Positions 9,965-21,092 of a DNA stretch of 33,039 nt are shown one piece after another. The DNA is from Octopus bimaculoides (lineage: Eukaryota). Within the stretch, counting starts at the first letter, position 1. Each line of letters begins with the position of its first letter. The notes below the pieces were generated by a model. That model worked only from the letters and a program-made list of their open reading frames with translations, searched no databases and had not been told where the DNA came from. The position numbers and the translations under genes are program-made. Location: the NCBI RefSeq assembly GCF_001194135.2, contig NC_068985.1, forward strand, positions 26,732,811-26,765,849, read 5' to 3'.

Positions 9965-10782
9965 TTTCAGTTTATACAGCAAACGAGAAGGGAACTGGCA
10001 GAGAAAATGGAATGCTCCCACACTGCTATAGAGAAGCATCTTCACTCGATGGGAAAGGTCCAGAAGTATGGAGCATGGGTTCCGCATGCTTTAAGTGACA
10101 ACAACAAAAATCAACGAGCCTCAATCTCCGCTGGTTTGCTTACTTGTCACCACTCAACTCATGGACACAAGCAACGATTTATATACCGAATCGTTATTGG
10201 CGACGAAAAATGGTACCTGTACATCAATATGAAGCAGCATAAGGAATGGCTTAGCCCCGGTAAACAAGCGACACTGCGCGTGAAACAAGATATATATTCA
10301 TCCGCGTAAAACGATGTTGTGCGTATGATGGGACTGGGAAGGGATTATCCATTACGAATTGCTTGAACGGAACCAAACGGTCAACACGGAACTCTATGTC
10401 CAACAGATGGAACGACTCAACACGGATATTCAAGAGAAAAGGTAACCGATTAGGTAATCGGCAGCATGGAGTTTTTCTGCTGCACGACAACGCCCGCCCT
10501 CATATCGCCAATATGACCAAGGAAGCCATTCAAACACATGGCTGGGAAGTGCTGTCACACCCGCCGTACTCTCCTGATTTGGCACCAACGGATTTCCACC
10601 TCTTTCGATCTCTTTCAAATGCTATGCGCGAAGTTTCGTTCAATACTGATGCAGAATTGAGAGCTTGGTTGGATCAATTCTTCGAGTCGAAATCGGATGA
10701 TTTCTACCAACGTGGTATTGAAAATATTGTTGAACGTTGGGAAGAAGTTGTAAAAAACAAGGGTGAATACATTATTGATTAA
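9965..10782 (+). pseudogene. Mariner (DD34D) transposase pseudogene, first HTH missing
   Basis: Contains WVPHAL, IVIGDEKW, LLHDNARPH and HPPYSPDLAPTDFHLF. Frameshifts near 10295 and 10440, an in-frame TGA at the W of CVWWD. Ends KGEYIID*. The 3' TIR probably lies in the gap. Confidence 0.95.
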
Positions 10783-10823
10783 TTAGTTGTTATTTTTTAT
10801 TAAATCTTTAAAAAAATTTAGAT

Positions 10824-10967
10824 NNNNNNNNNNNNNNNNNNNNNNNNNNNNNNNNNNNNNNNNNNNNNNNNNNNNNNNNNNNNNNNNNNNNNNNNNNNNN
10901 NNNNNNNNNNNNNNNNNNNNNNNNNNNNNNNNNNNNNNNNNNNNNNNNNNNNNNNNNNNNNNNNNNN
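10824..10967. other. Assembly gap
   Basis: N run. Confidence 1.
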
Positions 10968-10999
10968 ATATATAGCCAAATCGAATAATCTAACATTAA

Positions 11000-11160
11000 A
11001 AATAACAAAACAACAAGGGGATGCGCACATGGAATGTAGTAGCTAGACTAGACGCTCAGTAAAAGAAGAATAAAGTGAGGGTCTTTGACGTTTCGAGCCT
11101 AGCTCTTCGTCAGAAAGGAAAACGGAAAAGTCTAGAGAAGGAAAAATATCACCAACAGCA
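11000..11160. mobile_element. Penelope-pLTR-like repeat, diverged relative of 5430-5620
   Basis: Shares acaacaa...tggaa...gacgctcag-aaag...cgtttcgagc-gctcttc-tcagaaa...ggaaaagtc...aaaat-ccaaca with the reverse complement of 5430-5600. Confidence 0.65.
11083..11117 (-). ncRNA. Minimal type I hammerhead ribozyme, complete core
   Basis: Minus strand: cttt-CTGACGA-a-gagc-tag-gctc-GAAAC-GTC-aaag. All core nucleotides present, GUC cleavage triplet, 4-bp stems I and II, palindromic ACGU in place of a looped stem III. Confidence 0.75.
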
Positions 11161-11164
11161 CATG

Positions 11165-11345
11165 TCGTCCCCTACCATGCTTGACAATTGCTGTTGGTAT
11201 GTTTACGTCCCCATAACTAAGCGGTTCAGCAAAAATAATCGATAGAATAAATACCATCCTTAAAAATAGAATTCGTTCGATTAAGAATTCTTCAACGCAA
11301 TGCCCCAGCGTGGCCACAGTCGAATGACTGAAACAAGTAAAAGAT
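11165..11345 (+). mobile_element. SINE 3' portion
   Basis: cttgacaa...tgtttacgtcccc-taact-agcggttc-gcaaaa...cccagcgtggccacagtcgaatgactgaaacaagtaaaagataa; the reverse complement of the 1455-1645 and 20850-21050 family. Confidence 0.75.
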
Positions 11346-11457
11346 AATTTTGGTTTCGTACCTTTCAATTTATTCAGTGTGTAATTTAGTCTAATCGTAA
11401 TTGTTTTTTTTTCCATCCCTCTCTCGCCTTATCTCTTCATATTTGTGTGAGTTCTTA

Positions 11458-11458
<1 letters not shown>

Positions 11459-11506
<48 letters not shown>

Positions 11507-11531
11507 CCTACCTACCTACCTACCTACCTAC

Positions 11532-11610
<79 letters not shown>

Positions 11611-11664
11611 CCTACCTACCTACGTACCTATTTATCTATTTATCTATCTAGCTAGCTAGCTAGC

Positions 11665-11717
<53 letters not shown>
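11459..11717. repeat. (TATC)n/(TACC)n/(TGTC)n tetranucleotide array
   Basis: Visible in sequence. Confidence 0.95.
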
Positions 11718-11719
<2 letters not shown>

Positions 11720-11947
11720 GAATCTACTCCGAATTTTTGTTAACGTCATCAAATTCTTTTGTGGCAACGAAATCAGGCGTGTTGGTAATCTATGGTAGTA
11801 CGCTTGATATCCGTACAACTAAAAGAAACTGAATGTAGCATGTTCGGTGTTTTATTGCTATTCTATTACTTATTTTCGTCGGTCTTACGCTCGGCTTTGC
11901 TAATGTCGGAACAATTTCCTTCTGTTAATTATAGAATTCTTCGGAAC

Positions 11948-12048
<101 letters not shown>

Positions 12049-12277
12049 GCATGCTTATATGTGCTTGCAACATTTTGAAATAAAAATTCGAAACGTTTAA
12101 TTTAGCGAATGGCTTATCAGTATTCTTCCAAGTATGTTAAACTATTCTAGCAGACAATTATCTTTTTAAGTTTGCATGATTGTAATTAGGGCTGCTAAGA
12201 TTATTGCTGATGTTACTGTTTTGCTACTTTGTTTTGACCTTATGTTTTCGCTGTTCCATGGATCTCAGTTTTGTATG

Positions 12278-12278
<1 letters not shown>

Positions 12279-12311
<33 letters not shown>

Positions 12312-12326
12312 GTCGTCGTCGTCGCT
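12279..12326. repeat. (CAT)n(CGT)n trinucleotide repeat
   Basis: Visible in sequence. Confidence 0.95.
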
Positions 12327-12631
12327 ACCGCCGTCCTCCTTGTCCTTATTATGATTTATTATTAATATAAGTTTGGCTTTTGCTTTGTCTTTGTACAGGT
12401 TGACACCGAGTCTCACCAGCGACTCCAAGAGACAACAAGTTAGAAGTTCAAGTTGGTGTTATGACTAGGGTGCCTTATATTTGGTTTTGCACAGAGTATT
12501 GTTCTAGAGAATGTCTGACAAAATATAAGAAAAATTATGAGTTTGTTTCAAAAGTAATTTGATGATAAGATGATAATGTGATCTTAAGATGACAGTAAAA
12601 GGTGTTTGCTATTGTGCACATTTAAAAGTGT

Positions 12632-13017
12632 GGAGGTGCAATGGTCCAGTGGTTACGGCAGCGGACTCGCGGTCATAGGATCGCGGTTTCGATTCCCAGA
12701 CCGGGCGTTGTGAGTGTTTATTGAGCGAAAACACCTAAAGCTCCACGAGGCTCCGGCAGGGGATGGTGGTGAACCCTGTTGTACTCTTTCACCACAACTT
12801 TCTCTCACTCTTACTTCCTGTTTCTGTTGTGCCTGTAATTCAAAGGGTCAGCCTTGTTACACTGTGTCATGCTGAATATCCCCGAGAACTACGTTAAGGG
12901 TACACGTGTCTGTGGAGTGCTCAGCCACTTGCACGTTAATTTCACGAGCAGGCTGTTCCGTTGATCGGATCAACTGGAATCCTCGACGTCGTAAGCGACG
13001 GAGTGCCAACAACAACA
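12632..13017 (+). mobile_element. Full-length tRNA-derived SINE with (CAA)n tail and 12-bp TSD
   Basis: Head ggaggtgcaaTGGTCCAGTGGttacggcagcggactcgc...GGTTTCGATTCCcagacc contains A and B boxes. Tail is caacaacaac. Direct repeat ACATTTAAAAGT at 12618-12629 and 13018-13029. Confidence 0.9.
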
Positions 13018-13059
13018 ACATTTAAAAGTACTTTTGATTGTGTTTACAGATTTAAATGT

Positions 13060-13725
13060 TTTTTTGAATAATATGGGCAATATTTTTCGTCGGATATGAG
13101 CAGTTCCCATGAGCACCATTTTTTGAATTTCTTCCATTTTTGAATTTCCTGATATCTGAGACAGGTAACAATCAAACCCTTTTACTATCATTCCTAGAGC
13201 ACCTATGACAACAGGTATTGTTTTAGTCTTGAGGTTCCACATTTTGCCAATTTCTATTTCAAAATCTTTATATTTGCACAGTTTTTAGTAGATCTTAACA
13301 GATACATTTATGTCGATTGGGACAGTCATAACGATGGGGAGGCATGATTTTTGTCAGAATTCCTTCAATATAATGTCTGGCCTATTTGCGTCTATCTTTC
13401 TGTGAGTTTGAACTGTAAAGTTTCAAAGCAGTGAGATGTGATCATTTTCAAGCACTGGAAGTGGTTTGTGTTATTACCAGTTTTTATCATGGAGCAGGTC
13501 CAGGTCTCTTCAAATTAACTAGAGGATATACTGTGCCGCTCTATTATGCCTGTTGAGATACTCTGTAGGCGCAAGAAGGCCACACATGGAGACAACATGT
13601 TCGATAGTTTCAGCCTGTTGTTTACATAAACGACATATTGGGCTACTGCTGTTCATTAAGATGTTGACCTGATAGTTTCTTGTAGGTAGCCATTGGTCCT
13701 GGGCTGCAATGATGTTCATGCTATA
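13060..13725 (-). mobile_element. 5'-truncated Dong/R4-type LINE: CCHC knuckle and RLE endonuclease
   Basis: IIAAQDQWLPTRNY...CRLCKQQAETIEHVVSMCGLLAPTEYLNRHN; ANRPDII; KYKDFEIEIGKMWNLKTKTIPVVIGALG...GTAHI, with several stops. Confidence 0.9.
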
Positions 13726-13844
13726 TTATTAGCATTATCCAGCGTTTGAGAATAAAATTATTTCCTTATCTGTATCTTTCAATACATCTCAACGTTTGAA
13801 ATGCAAAGCTTTGTTTGTTGACTTTCAACGTAAGTTGAATTTAA

Positions 13845-14213
13845 TATATATATATACACACATATATATATATATATATATANNNNNNNNNNNNNNNNNN
13901 NNNNNNNNNNNNNNNNNNNNNNNNNNNNNNNNNNNNNNNNNNNNNNNNNNNNNNNNNNNNNNNNNNNNNNNNNNNNNNNNNNNNNNNNNNNNNNNNNNNN
14001 NNNNNNNNNNNNNNNNNNNNNNNNNNNNNNNNNNNNNNNNNNNNNNNNNNNNNNNNNNNNNNNNNNNNNNNNNNNNNNNNNNNNNNNNNNNNNNNNNNNN
14101 NNNNNNNNNNNNNNNNNNNNNNNNNNNNNNNNNNNNNNNNNNNNNNNNNNNNNNNNNNNNNNNNNNNNNNNNNNNNNNNNNNNNNNNNNNNNNNNNNNNN
14201 NNNNNNNNNNNNN
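13845..14213. other. (TA)n run and assembly gap (N 13883-14213)
   Basis: Visible in sequence. Confidence 0.95.
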
Positions 14214-14399
14214 AAATCAGAGCGAAGCAATATAAAAACAATGTACGCTGCGACTACAATGACCTCTCTCGTCTCAGCTTCATTCTTGCAAATTTATTTC
14301 TGACTGCATAATAATCCCCCATCTTAGCCAACTATCTTAAATGGAGAACAAAGCTAAGCTAACCCGAGCCATTGTACAACGAAGATACAACGAATATCT

Positions 14400-14445
14400 T
14401 TTACTTTTTTCAGTCATTAGACTGCGGCCATGCTGGGACACTTCT
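14400..14445 (-). mobile_element. Short SINE tail fragment
   Basis: cagtcattagactgcggccatgctggg is identical to 1472-1498. Confidence 0.7.
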
Positions 14446-14458
14446 TTTTTTTTTTTTT

Positions 14459-16543
14459 GAACCGCTAAAGGTTCATTCGCAAACTGCGCTAGTTATTGCT
14501 AAGGTTAGTAAAATGTATTTCACTGCAGACTGGTTAGACTAAATAGAATCGATGTCATTGGCGATCATGAATTCAAGTACGCTATTGATGGTTACTATAT
14601 TGTTAGTGATCATGATCTCTTTCTACATACCTTTGAATAATTCAAACTTGTGTAAGATTTGTTTGACTGTCGATGACGTCTGAGTGAGTATGTGTGTTAT
14701 AAGAATTCCAATTTGTTCAGTTATCAAAATGCTACGGATCGAAAGCATTAAATTTGGAATCTAAATTTGGAAATCTTTTGTCTGTAGAAACTAAAGATTT
14801 TTTAATATCTTTTTCAGAAGTTTGAATCAAATGAGAAGTCGTTACCGGTTTTAGATTACTTTCCTATAGATATATAGGAAAGCCTTCACTAGCACTTAAT
14901 TCTAAGATATAAGAATAGCTGAGAATTAGTGAGTACTGAGTGTTTCCAGGATATTCTTTATTTCAGAGAGCTGTTGGGGAGTACAGCTATTATTTTTTAT
15001 CTCCCCATTCAGAATTGTTTCTACACCAACTGCTAGTGCTGGCAAGTTCTGCAAGGCTGTCTCTACCGCTGACCTTCTGGACAACTATCTCATATCACAA
15101 AGGTTTACTTGGAGGTAGTTCAAAATATCTTACATGATTATGTTTTCTTTAGCACTGAAAGATAAAGTAAACTATCAGAAAAATACAAATACTTTCAAAG
15201 GTTTTAAAAAACTCTTTCGTTTGAATATCGTAGTATTTTGCTTCAATTACAACTAAATTTAAATCACGTGCACAGCATTTGGATCAACTTCCCTATACTT
15301 TGGAGATATTTTCCTCGACATGATGCTTGCTAAATCATAAGACTGACTATAACATATAATTATGAATAGCTCTAAGTTGTTGGTTTGTGGAAGAATGTTG
15401 GAAAAAATCTTCAGCTCTTAGTGTAGGTAATTTACTGAATTGAATACATCGTTACACTGCATTAACATTTATGGTCACATATCACAAAGATAAAAAAAAA
15501 AAATGGATGCTTTGTTGGTATCAGTAGCTGAGTCAAGAATCATACCTTTGACAGAACCTGGGCTGATAAGGACTGTGTCAGATCCTTTTGCATGTAAGAG
15601 CTGAGACATGTTGTGCGTCAATCACTTAATGATAAATTTTGCTCCAGCGATGTGATGTATTATTTTTTGAGAAATGCCTTAATAAGTTCCAAAACAATTA
15701 CTTCATATGTATTCGGAGAATCTAAGCCTTGATACTTGTAATGATCATGGAATTCCCACCCCTATGTTCTCAAATACAGAACAGAATCTATAACAGTTTA
15801 GAATAAACCTATCTCTCTCCACCTTTTTCCTTTTTCCTCTTGACTTTAATCAAATTAAGACAGTTCTGCCGTTGAACAAACGAAATTTGGCAGGGAAAAG
15901 GTCTTTCTTTCTTTCTTTCTTTCTTTTCATTTTTCGTTTTACCTTTTCGTGTGTGCGTTTAGTAAAAAGCCTTACAACAAATTTTCGGATTATTCGCATA
16001 CTGTTTGCCTTTGATGAGTAAACTAGCCAGTGCTTATTTATTTCCCAACCACTTTTAAATTGTTTCTCATAAAAGTTGCAATGAAATGACGTCCAGCTTC
16101 ATTTTTTAAAGAAAACTGTCAGCTTACCTTTAAGATCTGAGTGACAAATGCTTAACTCAAGAAGAGTACGTACAAGATCTGACGTTGCAGATGTTTCACA
16201 AAACAGGTGTAGATCTGTTGGTTATTCCGTGTATGCATCAATGAGCGTACACAGTCTTACAGTATCATATTCGTCCTCTAAACAATGGTCTGCTGGAGAA
16301 GGAATGTCTTCCTAGGGTTCCACTTCCACAGCTTGTGCAGCCACAGCAGAGAGGATGAAGTCTTGAGCTTCCTAAACCGAAAGTAAGATCTAGCAAGTTT
16401 GTAGGGGATTCCTCTACAAGTGCAACGCTAATTAGGTATCGTTTCCATCTCCTGGATAGTTCTCTGACGAGGTGATTCGTCTTGCAACTTCATTCTTTTT
16501 TTCTTTCCCATCCAGCTAGTTTCTTCCTACTGTTTTTCTTCAT
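14459..16543 (-). pseudogene. Fossil hAT transposase (ZMYM1-like / Tip100-like group)
   Basis: Colinear motifs read across many stops and frameshifts: MKKNSRKKLAGWERKK (ATG 16543); GRHF...HWLVYSSKANS...CCK (TTF-type zinc finger); TCLSSYMQKDLTQSLSAQVLSKV; MILDSATDTNK (first D); QSYDLASIMS (second D); CCARDLNLVVIEA; LCDMR*LSRRSAVETALQNL (DTRW, with W mutated to TAG); ILLTLAITSAVCE*TFS (catalytic E, dimerisation domain). Confidence 0.85.
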
Positions 16544-18063
16544 GACATTCTTTATCAGAAAAAAAAATCTATGATAATTTTTCTATGCACTCTCAACAAC
16601 AGAGATGATATGATATTTTTATAATTAAACGAGAAAAAGCACTAGCTTATAGACGATCGTGAATCCTATCGCAGGTGTTTTGTGGAGTGGCTGCTTTTAC
16701 CAAAAGTTCATGAAACAATTGCATGTTTTTCTGTCTGTTCGTAACAGTTTTTCCTCCCTCTCTGATACAGCAAACAGTATCAGCCTATGACAGGGGTATC
16801 TTATAATAATTTGACTTAAGCCTGTCTTTGACCTTCGTTTATCAGCAAACCAGCTGCAAAAAAGCAATCTCATTTTTCTTATATTCTATGAAATATTTCA
16901 TTAGTTACAATAGATATAATTATATTCTACGTTCATTAATTTTATGTTTCAGTAATGCTATCTTTACGTATGGAACTTATATACATCTGGAGGTTGTGTC
17001 TTGTGACACACACACGTACGAACAAAAATCAAACTCCAGAGAAGATTATGACATCATAGTTTGTTTTGGTTCTTCAAATGCCAGTCACCACCAACTCATC
17101 ACAAGGAGAAATAGCACACAATTCAAAACTGGAGAAATGGTCATATAAAGTAATGAGTTCTTCCAGTACCAAGCGATAAAGTAAAACAAATACACAAAAT
17201 ATGCTATTTGACTTTCATCACACACGGAAACTAGTGAGTTAAAAATTGTTGAAAAGACGCCACTTCTGAAGATTGTGTTCAAAGAAAGCGTCCACTCTTC
17301 CTCTAGCCACGGTACTGAGTAAGGTTGCATGTGAGATGAGCTTTTGTTGACCAAAGATATTTAACCTCGAGCCTTAGCATTACAACGTATGTATTCAATA
17401 CCATCATTCCAAAATTGTCTCTCTCATAGAATTCCAACCAGTTTGACAAAGTATGTAGTAAGGTTAACCTTTTTCAATTACAGCAAGTTTCTGCAACCAG
17501 ATTTCACCTAGGGCCTCATAATTGCGAAGCAAATTTCTTTACCATTCGCTTATACCTGAAATTTAAAAATAAATACATGCACTCATTTGCTCCATCACCA
17601 TCTTTATGTATGCATGTATGTATGTATGTATTGTTGAAGTATTATAAGCCGCAATTTTCTTTGTAATAAAAGCCCATGTTATGAGCCCATGCGTTATCTT
17701 TATAGTTTAGCTCATGAGATTATCCTAGCCACATTTCCCATAGACAAAAGCTTGCTATAAGTTAGCTTTCTATGCAGTTTTGCAGAATAGCAGTATGCAC
17801 AGTCCTGTTGGAATATAGTGCAAATATTGATGATTATATCTTCAGAATATTCAGTAATGATCGTACCTTGAGAGCTTACAGTTGTACACTGAGAGATTAT
17901 CAAAATACTAACTCTTTTCTTTACAGAAATGGTTTCATACATAATAGATCTGTATTGCTTGACTCTTGCAACTGTATTGCTAGAATTGTACATTAAGTTT
18001 GATGAATAACAAATGAAAGCACCATTAAGTGAAGATTGTCTATGGATGTTTTGTCGCTAATCA

Positions 18064-18955
18064 TACGAGGGCATAATATTAATTTTGCAATATTATTTTA
18101 TTCACTTAGTTTTACATGTTTACACTTTTATCACCTTCAAATTATTCTCCATTTGAAGCAATGCATCGGTCCAGATGCGTTTTCCACTGTTCGAAGCAGT
18201 GCTGGAACTCTTGCGAAGTGATGCCTTTTTACGCCTCCGTGGTTTTTTTCTTCACCTCTTCCACATCTGCAATTTTCGTAACACTAGTTTTCGTCACCAG
18301 TGATGACCTTCGAAAAAAGGTCCAAATCAACTTCCAGCTGTTCTTTCAGTTCATGACACACATTCAGTCGTAGCTGCGTTTGATCTTCCATGAGCAAGTG
18401 AGACACAAATTATGCTGCAACTATTTTCATTCGCAATTCCTCGCTCAAAATTCGTTGGCAGGAGCTCCAGGACACAACAGCCATATCAACAAGTTTGTCA
18501 GTTGTTCGGTGACGGTCCTCCAAGATCAGCTCATGAATTTTCATGAAGTTTTCATTCGTTCGGGAGGTCGATGGTCGCCTTGAACAAAGCTGGTCTTCAA
18601 GCGACAAGCGACCATTCCTAAAGCGTGGAAACCACTCGTAAACTTGTGTTTTACTCATGACTGCGTTCTTGTAAGCTGTCTAAAACATGACAACTGTTTC
18701 GGCCGCTGTTTTCCCCAGCAGAAAACAGAATTTCACGGAAGCACGTTATTCCTTCGTTTCAGCCATCGCAAAAATCGATGAACAAGAGAGAAGCACTGCA
18801 AAACAAAGACGCACCACGTTGCAGTACGACTAAGCTCGGCGACGCTGGTCGGCAGACTGATGCCTGAGGGTCGCATCAAGTGGCTTCTAGCGGCGAAAGC
18901 CTGAACAACAAGGGGCTTGTTCCACAGAGAACGTTTCCAATTACTTTTGGGTACC
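18064..18955 (-). mobile_element. Internally deleted mariner element
   Basis: MAETKE*RASVKFCFLLGKTAAET (ATG 18766)...MSKTQVYEWF.RFRNGR.SLED...RPSTS...KVITGDEN*CY is joined directly to the C-terminal ADVEEVKKKTTEA...QHCFEQWKTHLDRCIASNGE. TA-CGAGGG terminus at 18064; the other terminus is decayed near 18941-18955. Confidence 0.9.
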
Positions 18956-20034
18956 TACTGGCAATTTGAACCCAGCCCTCTTTAACAATTTGACAACCCC
19001 AGCAAATTGCAGATGACCTTAAACGTTTGCTTCTATGATAACTCCTTTCCTTTTTCCACTAGACACCTTGAAACTGTATTGAAGTCTTTCTACAATCGAT
19101 GTGTCATTGTCTTAGTACTGCGGTTTATTGTTGCTTGTAACTCTGCACGTATGGCACTGCAACATGTAAAAGAGAATACAATGCAAAGATTATGAATCAT
19201 ACAATCACTTTGAAGAGTCGTGACACGAGTTCTGTCTGATCTGCTGAATAATATGTAACCATCTGTCGTATGAAATCAATGCAAAAGCTTTCTGGAATAC
19301 ACCAAGAAATACTTTTAGCTGAGCTGACATCTTCCTGAATCTAAGTCCATTATTTCGTAAAGCAACAATTTGAACGCTTTTTTACAGTGAGATTTGAGTA
19401 CAACCTTCTACGAGGATCTCTAAAAATAAGAACCAAAGGATTAGAATCTGTACAGTTGACTAGAAGTCATTCAGGCAGTATCTCAGCATTGCCCCTGTGC
19501 ATTGACTGAAACCAAAAAAAAAAAAAATTTTATTTGTTATTTTAAAGAGACAACAAGGATTTTATACTGTCTGCAAGTAGAAATCTAATATAATTATCTT
19601 TTTTTATCTTAATCAGTCTGGAATATTTTCCTATATGGTATTTTTCAGTTAAACCCTGAGTGCAGTGCTTTGAATGATTACAGGATGGGGGTGTCTCTGA
19701 CCTGGAAAGACTATGTGATATCTATAGGCCCGCTCTTATTTTTTATCTACTCGATGTGCTTCGAGAGCGATATTAAATTTCCTTGAGCATTTTAGTGTTA
19801 TGCACGAAGTAATTCCCACCGACTACATTTGCCTATAATCCTCTCTAATTACTGACTTTGATAAGGTATTATTAGTATTATTCATATACTGTCTTCTTTA
19901 TCCTTTTTCACGTACTTTTGAATGATCATCGTATCTAGTTACAGAAGTTAGTGAACATTTCAAATTCAGTTGTGTTTTTATTTCCTCATTGCTTATTAAT
20001 TAATGTTTTCTCTGAAAAATGAGATAATGAAATT

Positions 20035-20062
20035 GCAATACATGCATACATACATACATGCA

Positions 20063-20100
<38 letters not shown>

Positions 20101-20155
20101 CTGCAAACTCATCATCTCGTTTTTCAGAAACAACATATATATATATATATATATG

Positions 20156-20186
<31 letters not shown>

Positions 20187-20235
20187 TCATGCATGTGTGT
20201 GCGTGTGCGCGTGTGTTGGGAGAGAGAGGGGGAGA
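20035..20235. repeat. (CA)n/(TA)n microsatellite mosaic
   Basis: Visible in sequence. Confidence 0.9.
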
Positions 20236-20274
20236 GAGAATTTATTCTTTGGTACAAGGCCAAACATGTTTTGG

Positions 20275-20395
20275 GAGGGATTTACTTGATTCAGTCAATC
20301 CCACTACCAGTAATTATTTTATCAACTCCAACTCCAGAAGGATGAAAGGTAAAGTCGACTTAAGTTCAAAACATGAAGGGGCGTAACTAAATATC
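20275..20395 (-). mobile_element. Decayed SINE fragment
   Basis: gaaggatgaaaggtaaagtcgac is the reverse complement of the gtcgactttgcctttcatccttt motif of the 21903-24040 family. Confidence 0.7.
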
Positions 20396-20849
20396 ATATT
20401 GTCTTAAATCTGTCAGCACTCACAACGGTTATGTATACATAAGACACGCTTATGTACGTACGTACGTACGTATGTATGTATGTATGTATCATTGTGTATG
20501 TGCAGCATGAGGGGGAAGGAGAGAGGGAAAGAACATATATATATAATCTCATTTCTTGATGCCACACGATATTTTTTAAACAAACATTTTATATAACAAA
20601 CTTACTACTACATTGCTAAAGAATAATGCCAAGGATTACACCTCTGCTGATGAAGCCTAATAAGGTAGACACGTTTGGAGTTGTCTCCTTTTGATTGCTC
20701 ACCTTTCCTCCAAATAATATTAGCTATGCCCTAATATATAATTTCTTAATCACCACATTTAACCATATTGTGGTTATATTCAATATTGAACACATTAGGA
20801 ATGATTAAACCTACGTTTTTATCATTTAAAGTATATAACAATGATACTC

Positions 20850-21050
20850 TTTTACTCTTTTATTTGTTTCTGTCATTTAACTGCGGCCATGCTGGGGCAC
20901 CGCCTTTAGTCGAGTAAATCGACCCCAGGACTTATTCTTTGTAAGCATAGTACTTATTCTATCGGTCTTTTTTGCCGAACCGCTAAGTTACGGGAACGTA
21001 AACACACCACCATCGGTTGTCAAGTGATGTTGTGGGGACAAATACAGACA
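20850..21050 (-). mobile_element. SINE 3' portion followed by (CA)n and gap (N 21093-21902)
   Basis: ctgtcatttaactgcggccatgctggggcaccgcc-tttagtcgag-aaatcgaccccaggacttattc...gccgaaccgctaagttacgg. Confidence 0.85.
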
Positions 21051-21052
21051 CA

Positions 21053-21092
<40 letters not shown>

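Noticed and set aside
12632-12705. tRNA-like sequence (also 9000-9079 on minus)
   Set aside because: These are SINE heads continuing into SINE bodies with TSDs, not tRNA genes.
16128-16215. Apparent exon ending ICHSDLK followed by GTAAG, resembling a kinase HxDLK loop
   Set aside because: It lies inside the colinear hAT pseudogene just before the zinc finger, and no other kinase motif is present.
17239-17340. LSTVARGRVDAFFEHNLQKW, reminiscent of inositol monophosphatase VAxGxxDxxxE...W
   Set aside because: The diagnostic WDxAAG does not follow, a stop comes a few codons later, and there are no other IMPase motifs. Likely chance.
17772-17996. LLEYSANID, an ankyrin-like fragment
   Set aside because: Single short match lacking the TPLH helix motif and neighbouring repeats.
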